A stretch of 64,000 nt of DNA from Larus michahellis (lineage: Eukaryota), in assembly GCF_964199755.1 (NCBI RefSeq), contig NC_133912.1, forward strand, positions 318,570-382,569. Direction: 5' to 3'. The position numbers and the translations under genes were made by a program. Below the pieces are notes generated by a model that worked only from the letters and a program-made list of their open reading frames with translations, searched no databases and was not told the DNA's origin. This document shows positions 13,830-27,500 of this stretch, piece by piece. The stretch's first letter is position 1; every line of letters begins with the position of its first letter.

Positions 13830-14400
13830 GCGCCCTTCACCCTTCCCCCAGTTCAGGAGCCGGGCGGGGAGCGCGGGGCGGGCGGGCGCGCAGCGGGGGC
13901 TGCCCGAGCCGTGAGCCGCCCCGCTGCCCGGGGCGGGGAGGTCACCCACAACTTCGTACGGCAGGAACGCTCTTAATTCCTAGGGGGAGGGTTAGTACTT
14001 CAGCAAACAGCTTTCACGGACGGCGTATCAAAACACGCCACCGGCGGCGCAGCCGGGTACGCCTCGGAGGCCGTGAGGGGAGGCAGGGTGCCCGCGGGGC
14101 CGGTGGCGGGCCGGGAGCCCGCGGGGCCGGTGGGGGCTGGCAGCGCCCGCCCGGCTCCCCCCCCGGCTGTTCACCCTCCAGCGTTCCCCGTTCCCCCCTC
14201 CCTCGGGCCGCTCACCCGGCTGGCTGCGAACGCCGACATCTTGGAGAAGGCTCGCGGCAGTGCCGGGCCCCGGGGGCGGGGCCGGGGGGGGGCTGGGGGG
14301 GGGGCCGGGCCTGCCCGGCCGGGTCCGGCCCCCCGCGGGCCGAGGGGCCTTGGCGCCCTCCATTTCCCCGCCCGCAGCCGCTCTGACGCTGGTAACGTCT
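13830..14400. promoter_or_regulatory. CpG island with a TATA-less, GC-box-rich ACADM promoter region
   Basis: CpG and G+C content are extreme. Multiple GGGGCGGGG (Sp1-type) boxes occur at 14270–14300. ACADM exon 1 is embedded here on the minus strand at 14216–14239, so the promoter lies at about 14240–14400. Confidence 0.7.
14216..14239 (-). CDS. ACADM: ACADM coding exon 1 (initiator ATG, MSAFAASR)
   Basis: On the minus strand, atg tcg gcg ttc gca gcc agc cgg is followed by the donor gtgagc. The exon is 24 nt, phase 0, and matches exon 2 starting with gtg. It is analogous to human MAAGFGRCCR|VLRS and lies inside the CpG island. Confidence 0.6.
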
Positions 14401-15489
14401 TATTTTTTTTGTTTTGTTTTTTAAAAAACGTGAGGTTTCATGGCGGTCTGAGGGGGGGAGACGGGCCTATAAAACGCTCCCGGCTCCGTCTGCACCCAAA
14501 AGCATCCATCTTGCAAATCGTCTGCCCTATTTTTTTTTTTTTTTAATATTATTACAATTAAGTGGATTAAAGCAGTGTTACTTCAAGCTTTATTAAAATA
14601 ACGCTTTGGAGAGAAATTTGATTTCTCTATGAGCAGCCTCCTTTGGTACGAGATTTTTAACCAAATTACTGAGACGTGAAGCCCCTTTCTCTGAAAGCTG
14701 GGTTTTGGGGCAGCGTTTTAATTTTGTGTGACGGTTCCAAGTGAGGTGTGCCAAGTATTTTTAGCTGCGTTGTTGCCTGGGTGTGTTGGGTTCTGGGTTG
14801 CTGGGTTTGTTGCCGACGGCTATAACTGTTGATTTTGTACCTATTGCAGCAGAAAGGCGTCAGGGGGAAGCTGGCCGTGTTAAGAGTTATTTTTTGGCAC
14901 ACTTACCAGGAGATTAAAAAGAAGCTGATGGTAATCTTGCACAGGCTTTGTACTGACGTGACTCCGGGCATTTACTGACTGCAGTAAGTACTGATTTTTC
15001 ACTCCATTACCAGTGGATTTTTTTTCTCCCTGTACTTTGAGAGCAGTTGAGTAAAAGGTGATTTGTAACTTTGTTATTAAAATATTTCATGAAGATTTTC
15101 GTGTCTTCTTCCAGCTTTAAATGGAGTCTCAAGGACACGGAATTGTGTGGCTTTGGGGCTTTTAAATATCATCTCTCAAGCCTGTGTTCTGTGTGCCATG
15201 TTACATGGTGGTTCTCCATAGGTCGTTCTTCTGACTACGGTGTGGTGCTCCTGAGCAGATCACTTTTTATTCATGTATTATTTATCTCGTATTTGTATAG
15301 TTGCATACCTCATATGTCAGTATTCCTCAGTTCATTTAGCATCACATCAGCCCTGTGATGTAGAGAAATATATTTATCCCATTTTACCAATAAAGGTTTT
15401 AACAGTTTTGGGTTTTTTTAATGAGCAGTGCAGCTTTTACTGTGAGTACGCTAATGAGGATTGCACCTACAACGCAATTCTAGAGGCAG

Positions 15490-15790
15490 GTAGGCAGGTC
15501 AGTATCACAGAATCACAGAATGGTTTGGGTTGGAAGGGACCTTAAAGACCATCCAGTGCCACCCCCTGCCCTGGGCAGGGACACCTCCCACCAGCCCAGG
15601 TTGCTCCAAGCCCCGTCCAACCTGGCCTTGAACCCCTCCAGAGATGGGGCAGCCACAGCTTCTCTGGGCAACCTGGGCCAGGGGCTCACCGCCCTCACAG
15701 CAAACAATTTCTTCCTCACATCCCATCTAAATCTCCCCTCTTTCAGTTTAAAACCCTTCCCCCTCATCCCATGGCTCCCCTCCCTGCTCC
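15490..15790 (-). mobile_element. CR1 LINE 3'-terminal fragment
   Basis: The minus translation reads ...RAVSPWPRLPREAVAAPSLEGFKARLDGAWSNLGWWEVSLPRAGGG. The terminal tcacagaatcacagaatgg motif is present. Confidence 0.85.
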
Positions 15791-17659
15791 AGAGTCCCTC
15801 CCCAGCTTTCCTGGAGCCCCTTGAGGGCCCGGAAGGGGCTGGAAGGTCTCCCCGGAGCCTTCTCTTCTCCAGGCTGAACCCCCCCCAGCTCTCTCAGCCT
15901 GTCCTCCCAGCAGAGGGACTCCAGCTCTCCCAGCATCTCCGGGGCCTCCTCTGGCCCCGCTCCAACAGCTCCGTGTCCTTCTGCTGTTGGTGGCCCCAGA
16001 GCTGGAGGCAGCGCTGCAGAACCACCTGTAAGGATGCCATACACTAAGGATCTTTACTAGTTGCTGGAAGGGATTTAGATACAGCAGGGATTGGAACTGT
16101 TATTTCTAAGCGTGTTCAAGCTTGGGATCCATAACCCTTTGGCAAGTAAAGAAGCTTTAATTTCAGGTACAGAGGGTGAGAAGGTCCAGCCACGGCAGGG
16201 GTTTAACTGGCTGGAGACAGGAATGCCCGGGTGAGGTTTCCCTTGGTGGTGAGGGAAGGAGCAGCCTGGTCTTGCAGCCACCCTGGAGCACGAGCCAGCC
16301 CAGGGGCCACCTGTGGGCAGCAGCGCTGGGCTGGGGATGGACCCCCGGCCCCATGCTTGCAGGGTGGGTGCAGGGTCCCAGGGCCCACGAGGAATCGGCT
16401 CCTGCCCCCTCTCTGCAGACCCCTCGCAGAACTGCTCGTGGCGGTAGGACTCTGCCCCATGCATTGCTTATTATTTTATTTTTTTTTAATATATATTTAA
16501 GCACAGATAATGTTCACCTCAAGGGGTACGTTAAAAAAATCCCTAACGCTGCTAAGTATTTGGGAAGAAAGGGATATCTGCCAGAGCTTGAACCGCTCGA
16601 ACCTTGACTTCCCAAGTTGTTTAGTGAAGAAATGACACTAGACGTTTCTGTTAGGCACATCTAGCGTTTGTAGCCTTTCTTACAGAAGAAGGAAATAACA
16701 GCCTCTCTCTTTCCTTTTTATTTCTTGAACTCTTTTGTAATAACTCTAATATTCCTTATTACTCCTCTGTTTACTTTTACTGTGGTGTAAATGACAACCT
16801 CCGCAGTCCCGTGCATTGTTAGACTAGAATCCTCTTTTATACCAACTACCAGGATACCTCACACTTGTTGCTGAGATGTATAAATTAGCAAGAAAACATA
16901 GTAAAAATATTACACCACAAAATATATTTCATTCCTTAAAGTTAGCAATTCTAATCTAGGCTGAAGTGTTATTTTTTTAGTAGTAGTTATAAATGTTTTA
17001 CAGTTTGTTTGTTGTTGTTTTTTTTTTAAATTATTAGGAACAAACTGTATTTTGTCATTTGCTAATGAACCATTATTTTAGAAATGGAATGCAATTTGAA
17101 TGTTATGCAGGGACTGATGTAGTGCAATTTACTGAAGCTACTGCCATGAAAGAACATTTTAAAATATAATTAAAATATTTTCAGGTATATTTTTAGCTTG
17201 TTTGATTCCTGAGTATCACAAACATTACTTCATTTCAAATTGTCAGTCTTTTTTTTTTAATTACAAATCCGTATCTCCTCGTAGCCTTGGAGGCTTTTAA
17301 TTTGACTACTGCGTGTAAACACATGGAAATTTTTTTTTTAATGTCATAAGAAGGTACAGGGTTACATTTCTATGACGATCTAACATGAACTATGAAGAAA
17401 AAGAAGGGTTGGATATACTATTTGGTTGCGTCTGGTAGTAATATTGGCTTGTCTGGCTTTGCGAAGACAAGGATGGTCAGAGCAAGGCTCAGAACAAAGC
17501 TTCTGCCTCGTCCCCTGGGGGAAAGGTCCTGACTTTTTCCAAAATACGATGAAGTTTAGTGTAGGGCTTTTCAGGACTAGCTGCGTTAAGGAACAAGGAC
17601 TTAGGAAACCGTCTAAGTTTGTATTTCACCTGCGTGAAACATAGAGGAGTTAATCGTTA

Positions 17660-17930
17660 AAAGACATACAGTTTTAAACTAGAGCAGGGTGGGTTTAGAT
17701 TAGACATGGGGAAGAAGTTCTTTACCATGAGGGTGGTGAGACACTGGCCCAGGTTGCCCAGAGAGGGGGTGGAGGCCCCATCCCTGGAGACATCCAAGGC
17801 CAGGTTTGATGAGGCTCTGAGCAACCTGATCTAGTTGAAGATGTCCTGAGCCCCCCTGACTGCAGGGCGTTGGACTAGATGGCCTTTAGAGGTCCCTTCC
17901 AACCCAACACATTCTGTGCTGCAAGGACCA
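17660..17930 (+). mobile_element. CR1 LINE 3'-terminal fragment
   Basis: The plus strand reads ...HWPRLPREGVEAPSLETSKARFDEALSNLI followed by ...VGLDGL*RSLPTQ, which is the CR1 ORF2 end and 3' UTR. Confidence 0.8.
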
Positions 17931-19149
17931 AGTGCTGGCTGCTGGTGACACCCCTGTGTGTGTGAGTGGAATTTGGTGCCAGCTGCTGGTGTCAGACCAA
18001 GGGTGGAGTGTCCCTGGGCTGTGGTGTCAGTTACCGGAGCCAGTGGGCTTCCAGCGCAGGTACTGGAGCCAGTGGGCTCCCAGTGCAGCTGCGGGGGCAA
18101 ATGGGAGTCTTTAATCTCCAGCCACTGCGGCAGGGCCAGTCTGTGTCCCCAAAACCAGACGCTGGGCGGGTGTGGAATGAGTGAGGGGCTCCGCGCTGGC
18201 CCGTGGAGCGGGACCGTGGGTCACAGCCCCTGTGCCTGGGGGGGGCGAGGGTCTGTATCCCCCCAGCCATGTGTGCTGGGGGGGGTTGTACTCACCTGGA
18301 GCCCCTCTTTCCCATCCTGTGTCCCCGCCACCGCTCCCCCGGCCATCGGAGCCCCCACATCCAGCACCTCTGCCCACATCTGCTCTGATTCCTTTGCCCA
18401 CATCCAGCAGCTGTTAGTGTCTGAGATGCCTTGGGGTAGCTGAAGTATCAGTATGCTGCTTGGAAACCTGACCCAGCACCTATGGGAGCTCTTCTGAAGC
18501 ATTAGCTGGTCACCAGTTAAAGTATTTCCAAACACCTCAGTTGAGACAACTTCCTTCTCTCCATTAAAGCAAAGTCTAGACTACTTGATTAGAGATGCAT
18601 ATTGCACTGAGTTATCTGGTGTTTGAGGAGACCTTTCTCCTCCCTTTCTTCACCAAAAATGGAGTCCCATATCATTAAGCCAAAGGGAGTGTGCAAATCT
18701 GGCCACACAAAAATGGTGTTTCACTGAAGTTGGTCACCCTGCTTCCCAGTATCAGGTAAAAGATAGTGGGAAGAACCTGGCTGGCTGACTCACTCTTTAG
18801 TGAGTTGTGGAATGCACACTGCTGGGATGGGAGCGTTTTTAGGGCACAGGTCTCTGCAAGAAGCAAAATGCCCTTTTTTTTAATGATGCAGTCCTGACTA
18901 TAACAGAAATGTTTTGAAAATGTCAAGAAAAATGAAAAAATCAAGAAGGATAAGGAGTTGGGGCTTTGAGCAACAGAGAAGAGCCAGGGACTGCTGGTGT
19001 ATTTGGAACCAACAGGGAAACACCTGTGAAATGCCTCAAAGGAATTAGGGTGTGTTCCTCTAAAAAGGTGTCATCGTAAATAGGCCTGCAGAAGTGCCTC
19101 TGTAGGCACCATGCACACAGCCTGGATAACAGGCAGGAGGATCTGGAAG

Positions 19150-20060
19150 CCACCATGCATCTAAAAAGCTACAATCTAATCAGTGAAACATGGTGGGACG
19201 AATCACACGACTGGAGCACCGCAAACTGTTCAGAAGTGGCAGTCAAGGAAGGGTGGGTTGGGGGCATCACCCTCTTTGTAAAAAATGGATTGATTGCCAG
19301 AGCTGTCAGAGAAAAGAACGAGGAACAGGTTGAGAGCTTCTGGGTAAAAACTAGGGGCCAAGATAAAAAAGGAAGCCTCGTGGTTGGTGTTTACTACAGG
19401 TCCCCTGACTAGGAGAAACCTGTAGATGAAGCATTCTTCAACTACAGGGAGCATCACACTTGCAGGCTCTGATCCTGCTGGGAGACTCCACTCATCCTGA
19501 CATGTGCTGGAAAAGCAGCACAGAAGATATAAGCAGTCTTGGAGAGAGTTGAAGATAATTTCTTGATCTAGATGACAGACAGTCCCATCAGAGCAGAAGC
19601 ATTACCGGACCTGTTGCTTACCAACAAAGATGAACTAATTAGAGATGTCAAGACTGGTGGCAGCCTGGACTGCAGTGATCAAACCCTGGTGGAATTCGCA
19701 GTCTTGAGGGATATGGGCTTGGTGAAGAGTAGAGTCAGGACCCTGAATTTTAAGACAGCAGATGGGACCCCCTGGGAAGCTGCCCTCAGGGACAAAGGAA
19801 GCGAACAGCTGCTGGCAGCTCTTGAAGGACATTTTTCAGAGCACAAGAGCTCCCTCCGGTGCCCAGCCTGTGGCCAGCACTGCTTCTATCCTGCTCTGGG
19901 GTCTGCCAGCGTCTGGACTGGGGAGAGGAACCAGGCAGGGTTGACTATTCACCTAATACAGGCACTGAAGCCCAGAAGGAGAATGAAGCTGATCACATCT
20001 CAAAGAGCAGACCTCACCTGCTCTGTGATCAATGGCCAGGGCTGGAAATGGCTGATATAA
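19150..20060 (+). mobile_element. CR1 LINE 5' portion (ORF2 endonuclease domain), 3'-truncated
   Basis: Plus ORFs read ...ISETWWDESHDWS...GVYYRSPD and ...DSPIRAEALPDLLLTNKDELIRDVKTGGSLDCSDQTLVEF... These are the CR1 apurinic/apyrimidinic-endonuclease-like N-terminus. Confidence 0.8.
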
Positions 20061-21169
20061 GGGCTTGGGTTTGGAAGGAGCGTCCAGGGGCAGTCTCTGC
20101 CTGTTCAAGCAACAAGAAGCTGGGCTGGATCTTTGAAGTCAGGGATCATGTTTGAGGACCCCTATGGGTATGGGAACGCTCTACAGGGCCCCAGAACCTC
20201 CTCCACATGCTCCCTTCTCCTGTGGGGCTCCCAGATGCTGCCAGCCCTGCAAAGGGTTCAGCAGAGGACTTGTCCTCCCTGTGGCCTGGCTGAGGAACTT
20301 CGTCCCAGCGGTGTGTCGTTGGTTATTTTACACCTCTGTCTCCTATGGAAAAAGTGCTGGGAGCAATGGCGATTGGAAGGGTTGAGGTCGTCCACTTAGG
20401 GCCTGAGTAGGCTGACTTGTGCAGCAGAGGAAAGATTAAAAAGTTCTCAGGGAGGTTTTAGAGTTAGTGCTGCTATCGCTAATAACAGTAATGGTGGAAT
20501 GTACATCTTCTTCATTAGATAACCAAAGTTATCTAGTTTTAGTCCTGTCAGCCATTTTTACCTTAAAAATAATAAATAAATAAATAAATAAATGCTGTAA
20601 CTTCAATATTTATCTTCTTGCATGGGATTTTTAGAATAATGCCTTTTCTCTTGCTGTTATTTCTTTGGTATCAAGCAATGGCTACACCTGACAGCATTTC
20701 TCTCGGAATTGCCAGGTTTATTCTCTGAGTTGTTTGTTTTGTTTTTTTAAACATAAAAGGTGAAGGGACAGGTCCAGATGGTGTAAAAACACAAAGGAGA
20801 GAGCCAGCCAAATCTTTCTGGGGTGAGCAGGATGCCAACTGATACACAGGAGCCCAGGCCACAGCCATGTTGCTGCCATGCTTCTACAGCCAGGAGCAGA
20901 GGGTGCTCACCACGCAGGAGCCACGGCTGGGCAGCTGAGAGGGGAGACCCTTCAGTTGGTGTTAGATATTTGTAAGGGTTTGGGATTCAGCCTCCCTAAC
21001 TATAAGGCCTGGACTAAGTCACTCAAAGCGAATGATTTACATTTACGTGGTTGTTTCTCAAAGACACCATGTGCGGTTCACTGTTTCTTTATCTTGGCTA
21101 ACAAGTTTTGTCACTTTTGCTCTTCTTATTCTCTGTGGCTTGTGAAAAGCCCACTCTGATCCAGGGAAA

Positions 21170-21560
21170 AAGTATGTGGAGGAAGGAGCAGCAGAGAGGA
21201 ACTGTTATGGACTGACTGAAACCCCCCCTTCCCCATGCCACTGCGCTGCTCAGCAGGGAGGAAGTAGAGGAGTCAGGAATGAAGAGTGAGGTTGTGTTTT
21301 GGGAAAAGAAAGGGGTGGGGACAAGATGTTTTAGTTTTCTCTTTGTTTCTCACCACACAACTCTATTTCTGTGGGCAGCAAATTAAATTACTTTTCACCA
21401 AGTCAATTCTATTTTGCCCATGATGATAACTGGCAAGTAATCTCCCTTTTAACTCCACCCATAAGATCTTTTCCATCTTATTTTCTTGTCCTGTTTGAGG
21501 AGGGATACTGAGAGAGCAGCTAGGTTAGGGTCTAGCAGCTGGCCAGGGTCAACCAAATAC
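21170..21560. repeat. Copy 1 of a roughly 390-bp direct repeat, LTR-like. Copy 2 is at 22215–22600.
   Basis: The block ggaggaaggagcagcagag...gttatggactgactgaaaccc...aattaaattactttt..ccaagtcaa..ttt...cccatgatg.taa.tgg..agt.atctccc recurs at 22215–22600 at about 75–80% identity. Confidence 0.6.
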
Positions 21561-22214
21561 AGGCTGCCACTGGCTGCACTAGAACACGATTCCTCTGCAC
21601 CATTTTTGGTCTAGGACATTCTCAAGCAGATCTCACTCACCCTGAGATGTCTGCATGGCAAACTTTTCCACCTTCCTTAGCCATGCCAGGCTCCTGTTCC
21701 AGCTGAAGGGTTCTCACAGGCAGCCGAACAGCCACATTTCTATGATTGTTTCCAGACACGTCTTCTGGAATGTCATGTCTCTGTTCCTGGAGGGCTCAGG
21801 TTTTATTGGGGCAGATCTACCAACCCCTGCACCTTGGAGGTATTTCAGAGACTTCCAGTGAAAGCAGAAACCCACACTGAGGTCAAATTCCTGCCAGTCT
21901 CCAGCATCCACACTGGCTACCTCCCCTTTGACTGTAGTGTCACTTCAAAAACCTGTTTCCCGCACCTACTTTTATTCACACCCCCTATATTTAGGAGGAC
22001 CCCACATCAAAGCAGGTGGATGTGCCCTGAAGGAAGCTGCAGTCCGTGGAGAGCCCACTCTGGAGTAGGCTCCTGGTAGGTCTTGTGATGCCATGGGGGA
22101 CCCACGCTGGAGCAGTTCATGAAGAACTGCGGCCTATGGGCAGGACCCACATTGGAGAAAGTCATGAAGGACTGTCTCCCATGGGTGGGACCCCACGCTG
22201 GAGCAGGGGAAGAG

Positions 22215-22600
22215 TTTGAGGAGGAAGGAGCAGCAGAGATGAAGTGCTATAAACTGATGGCAACCCCATTCCCCATCCCCCTGCACTAGGAAGGAGGTAG
22301 ACAAGTCAGGAGCGAAGTTGGGCCTGGGAAGAAGGGAGGGATAGGGGGAATGTGTTTTTAGATTTGTTCTTATTTCTCATTATCTTGCTCTGTTTAATTA
22401 GCAATACATTAAATTAATTTCTCCAAGTCAAGTTTTTTCAGCCCATGATGGTAATTGGTGAGTGATCTCCCTGTCCTTAACTTAACCGAGGAGCTTTTTG
22501 TCATATTTTCTCCCCCTGTCCTGTGGTGGAGGGAGAGCAATAGGGTGGCTTGGTGGGCACCTGGGGGCAAGCCAAAGTCAGTCCACCACAATAGAAATGA
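22215..22600. repeat. Copy 2 of the direct repeat at 21170–21560. A roughly 40-bp tandem sub-repeat (gggacccacgctggagcag...catgaagaactg) lies just upstream at 22080–22210.
   Basis: See copy 1. The two copies plus a roughly 650-bp spacer resemble a degenerate LTR–internal–LTR arrangement or a segmental tandem duplication. Confidence 0.6.
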
Positions 22601-24239
22601 CAAATAGAGTTGTTTTCTTGTAAGAAAGTTCCATAATAGCTTGAATGACTCAAAGGGAGACACTCTCTTCTGTGGACAGTGTCTGCTCAGCGTGCTGCAC
22701 ATGGGTTGGAGTCGTATTTGATACTGCACCACTCCAGGTTCCCAGCACCTAAAGGGATGTAAGATTATCTGTGTTCTCTTATTCTTCTGCTAGCTCTGAG
22801 AAATAGGATTGTGAATGACACCTAGCAGAGTCTGGGTGCCTTTCTTACTGGGATCACAATGAATCTGCACCTCCTGCTGGAAATGCTCAAGGCTAAACCT
22901 GGCAGGGATCTGGACAACCAAATCTCTGTTCATGCTTACAACAGTGTGCTGGGACAGATGATTTCCAGAGGCCCCATTCCAGTGGGAACTCATTTATGAG
23001 CTATTGTTTGTCTTGGTATTGTAGGAGGTTTGGAAGTCACTAGTTCAGGCCAAATTCTCAGTCCAAATCCAAGATGGGGTGATGGGCGAACCCAAGAAAA
23101 GCAACTTGAGGTGCTGAGGATCATCTTTGCAAAGATAGTTACAGAAGAAACACCTCTTCTCCTCAGCTTTGGTGGAAGGATCCCCATGGAGGTGTCAGCC
23201 ATGCTCGAGTGCCTTAGTGGGCTGGTTTTGGCTGGGATAGACTTAATTTTCTTGACAGTAGCTACTATGGGGCTATGTTTTGTATTTGTGCTGAAAATGG
23301 TGTTGATAATACAGGGACGTTTTCACTCATGTGTAAGCTGAGCAGTGCTTACAGAGATTCAAGGACTTTTCAGCTTCTCATACCGCCCTGCCAGCAAGGA
23401 GCCTGGGAGTGCACAAGAAGACAGGACAGGGCACAGCTGGGACAGCTGACCAGCCTACCCCAACTGACCAAAGAGATATTCCATGCCATGTGACGTCATG
23501 CTCAGCATATAAAGCTGGGGTAAGGAGAAGGAAGGGGGGGTGTATGGAGTTACGGCATTTGTCTTCCCAAGTAACCATTGCGTGTGATGGAGCTCTGCTT
23601 TCTTGAAGACGGCTGAACACCTGCCTATCAATGGGAAGTAGTGAATGAATTTCTTGGTTTGCTTTGCTTGCGTGTGTGGCTTTTGCTTTACCTGTTGAGC
23701 TATCTTTATCTCAATCCATAAGTTTTCTCATTTTCACTCTTCGGACTCTCTCCCCCATCCCACTGAGGTGTGTGTGAGTTAGCGGATGTGTGGTGCTTAG
23801 ATAATGGCTGGGGTTAAACCACAAAGCTTTTGCTTTCCTTGCAAATCTGGCTGGTGGCCATGACTGTGGATGTGCTGCCTTCTGTGCGGCTGCTCAGAGC
23901 CACTGTTCCACCATCCTGCCCTCTTGGGCTGCCTTTCTCATCTGTTGGGACCGTCAGGCTCCTTGGAAGTCATGATGATGCATTCAGAGAGACAAGATGG
24001 ACAGAGACTGAAATCTCTTGCTCACTGAGGGTGAACCTGTAATTCAAGGGAAAGTTGTTCTTCCCTCTAGACAGGGTATCTTTTCCTTGCAGTCCAGGGA
24101 GCAAGCATACAGGAAGCCACAACTGGACATGTTTTCAAGAGTTTCCAGAAAAGTCTTGGGAGAGCCTTATATTACCTGGAGAATACAGAAGCAAGAGTAC
24201 ACCTCTGACCATAAAGGTAAGTTGAGTGAACTCAATCCC

Positions 24240-24540
24240 TTCTGTTCACAGAATCATAGAATGGTTCAGGTTAGAAGGGGCCTTAAAGATTATCTAGTTC
24301 CACCCCCCTGCCCTGGGCAGGGACACCTCCCACCAGCCCAGGTTGCTCAGAGCCCTGTCCAACCTGGCCTTGAACACCTCCAGGGATGGGGCAGCCACAG
24401 CTTCTCTGGGCAACCTGGGCCAGGGGCTCACCACCCTCACAGCAAAGAATTTCTTCCTAATATCCAATCTAAATCTCCCTTCTTTCAGTTTAAAACTGTT
24501 ACCCCTCATCCTATCACTCCATTCCCGGATAAAGAGTCCC
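24240..24540 (-). mobile_element. CR1 LINE 3'-terminal fragment
   Basis: The minus ORF reads [69 protein letters not shown]. The terminal cacagaatcatagaatgg motif is present. Confidence 0.85.
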
Positions 24541-27500
24541 TCCCCATCTTTCCTGTAGGCTCCATTTAGGTACTGGAAGGCTGTTCCTGCACTTCAGGCT
24601 CCTCTCTCCAGTCATGCCCAGGAGACTGGAAGGTTGACATTTCCTCTAGGTTGAAAGGGCAACTGGTAGGATGCCTGGACATCTGTCCTCCTTCTGGTGA
24701 GTCAAATGAGGGGACAAGGTCTGGTGATGGACAGCACTGGACCAAGAAGTACAGACCAGTTGTGGTGATGGCTGCAGGGGTCAGCTGAGAGCCCAGTCAG
24801 TACTCAGTACGTCAGTCATAATGGGACAGGTTTGAGGTGGGTTGTGAAAGGCAAGTCAGGAGGTTGGGATCAGGGCCAAGTCAGTGAGGAATGAGACCAG
24901 GTGGGACCATACCTGCAAGAGGGAAAGGGCAAGGGGGAAAGCCTGAGCTGAAAAGCAGGTGTCTGTGGATTGGCCTCTCTATGGGACTTGTCTATGGGGC
25001 TGGCCCTGGGCCCACACAACCCACTGCCCCCAGGTGGGACAAAGGCATCTGCCTCAGGGCCCTTTACAGTCTGGACTCTATGGGGCACCAGCTGAGTAAA
25101 GGAGGCCCTTTCAGGGATCTTTTTCATGCCTCTTCCTTAATGGAAAGTGTCCGACAGCTTGGGGTGAGAGGACCTCATTTTCCATGTTCAGTTATTCCCT
25201 GTGCTGAGAGGTTGAAAAAAGAAACCTCAGTTCCAGAAATGATCCTTAAGTGAAAACATGTCATGCCATGTTGGGTTGCAGAGAGGTCCAGCTGCTGAGG
25301 AATGGAGAACTGTGAACCCAGCACAGGAGCACAGCCACCAGGGCAGGGATCTACCTAGCAAGAGGACTGGGGCAGGCCTGGAGATGGCGGCCTGGGTCAA
25401 CTGGGAGTCCAGATCATCAGATGGCTTTGTGGTGATGAGGCAGGATCAAGATCAAGATCAAGGCAGGAGCACAGATGAGCAAATCAGGATTAGATTCAAT
25501 GAGGATAATGAGGGTCAGAGAGAGGCCAGTACTCAACAGGCAGGTCCACAGGGACAAGGCACGTCCCAGGGCCCTTGGGGCCCTGACATCAGCAGGACTG
25601 GGAGCAGTTCTGTGGAAAGGCCCTTGGTGCTGTGGTGCACAGCAAGGTGGCTGTTAGCCATTTGTGTGCTCAAGCAGCCAGGAGTGCACACAGCACTGAG
25701 GGCTGCATGAAGAGGAACATGGCCTGGAGGTGACGAGACATGATCCTTGTTCTCCAGTCAGCACCTCAGAGAGCATAACATGCCTTCATCCTATCACACT
25801 CCAGGCCCTTGTGCCTCAGGGAGAGTTTTGGAGGCCCTCTTCCAACAGGGAACAGAGCCTGGCACCCAAGGAGGACTCAACCCATCCAACAGGGCAAGTC
25901 TCTGTGGCTGGAGAAAATGCTGCTGGCTCTGGCTCTGCCTCTTCCTTCCTACTGGCCACTGGAGGAAGCTGGAGGGACCACCTCAGGCCATCAGGGCTGT
26001 ATTAGTCTAAAAGTCAATGACAGCGCAGTCATCTGTGAGGAGAGGGGCTGAATACCATTTCTGGGATCCCGTCCTGTCTTGTGTTCCCGATAACCAAGTT
26101 CAGACATGCCCGTGCTCACTGCTCTGCCTCACTTTCCCTTTTTGAAACAGCAGGTTTCAAGTCTACCCTAGAGGTTTTAGGGGAGCTCAGCCCTTTCTTG
26201 AGATGGGAACGCGATTCCTACCAGCTCAGAGCTGTCATTCCACCAGGGAATCAATTATACTCTGTTTATTAAGAGTAATCCTTAGGGAGAGCTGAGACAC
26301 AGAGGAAAAAAAACATCTGGGAGACTGAACACTGCTCTAAACCCCAGGACACGCTGGAGAACAGGAGCATTTGGGTGCTGCTGAAAAGTCACTGCAGGAG
26401 CTGCTGGGGGAAGACAGCAAGGGCAGAGACAGGGGTTTGACAGGGCTGAGACTCTCTGGTTTGCAGAGAGCCCAGGGAAGGGAACAGCATGGTGGAGAAA
26501 AAGCAGAGAGACCCTGACCTCAGTCCTCATTTCCAGCCACTGTCAGCACAGAATTCACTCCTTGATGCTGAGGTGGGTGCTGAAGATGCTGAGGGTAGAA
26601 GGGTGGAATCATTCTATGATTCTATGATTCTTAGATTCTAAGTAAAGTCTGGGTGTTAATGAAGCTGCTGGATCTTTCAAAAGAAGAAACTTGTAAGTGG
26701 AGAACGGGGTCCTGTCCTTTCCTGCACGTCTTCTGACCCCAGCCCCCTCCTTCCCCCAGAGACCCTGAGTCCAGGCACCATGGACCAGAGATGCTTGGGA
26801 GGGGCTGGTGGTGCTGGGTTACAGCTGGGCTGGGGTGTGTTTGACTGGCCCTGGGCACTCACTGCCTTGGCTGGGATGGAAGAAGTGTCTGGGCAGGGTG
26901 TTTTCGGCCAGACTGCCTGTGACCTTCATTTTGCCACACAAATTGCTGCTTTGTTTCTGTCTTTTTTTTACTTTCTCTCTGATTGTATGATGATCATGTA
27001 GGTTTTGACCTACAGTGGTCATGTTTCTCACTTCTACTCTGTGAGGAGGGCTGGAGACATCAGTGACTCTGCAGTGACTCTAGTAACCTCTCCCAACGGT
27101 GTCTGTCATCATCACCTGCAGAAGCAATTCATCCAGACCAGGAGATGGGTGTGAGAGATTTCAAGGGAATCCCGCTTCCAGGGAGTGCTGAGCAGAAGGA
27201 TGTTTCTCAGGCGTGGACTTCCCCTGGCTGCACTCTCAGGCATGTTCTGTGCACTTTTACACGCCCCCGACCCTGCTCTTGTGCCACCTCACCCCCAGGC
27301 ACCCTGGGGACACCCTTGCCAGTGCCCAGCAATGCTGGGCAGTGAGCCCTGTGAGCACAGATGGCTGGGATGACCTCATAAGGTCCTGCTACTGGTCTGG
27401 GATGTGTGGGGAGGCAGCCCCAAAGCCCTCAGGAACCACCAACGAAGAGGGAAAGACATGACTGAAATGATCCTCCCTGTCCCTTTCCCTTCCTTCCTGC

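Noticed and set aside
14073-14546. A 157-codon plus-strand ORF across the CpG island, possibly a divergent gene's first exon
   Set aside because: It is extremely GC-rich with glycine/proline/arginine low-complexity translation. Such ORFs are expected by chance in CpG islands. No splice donor or conserved peptide was seen.
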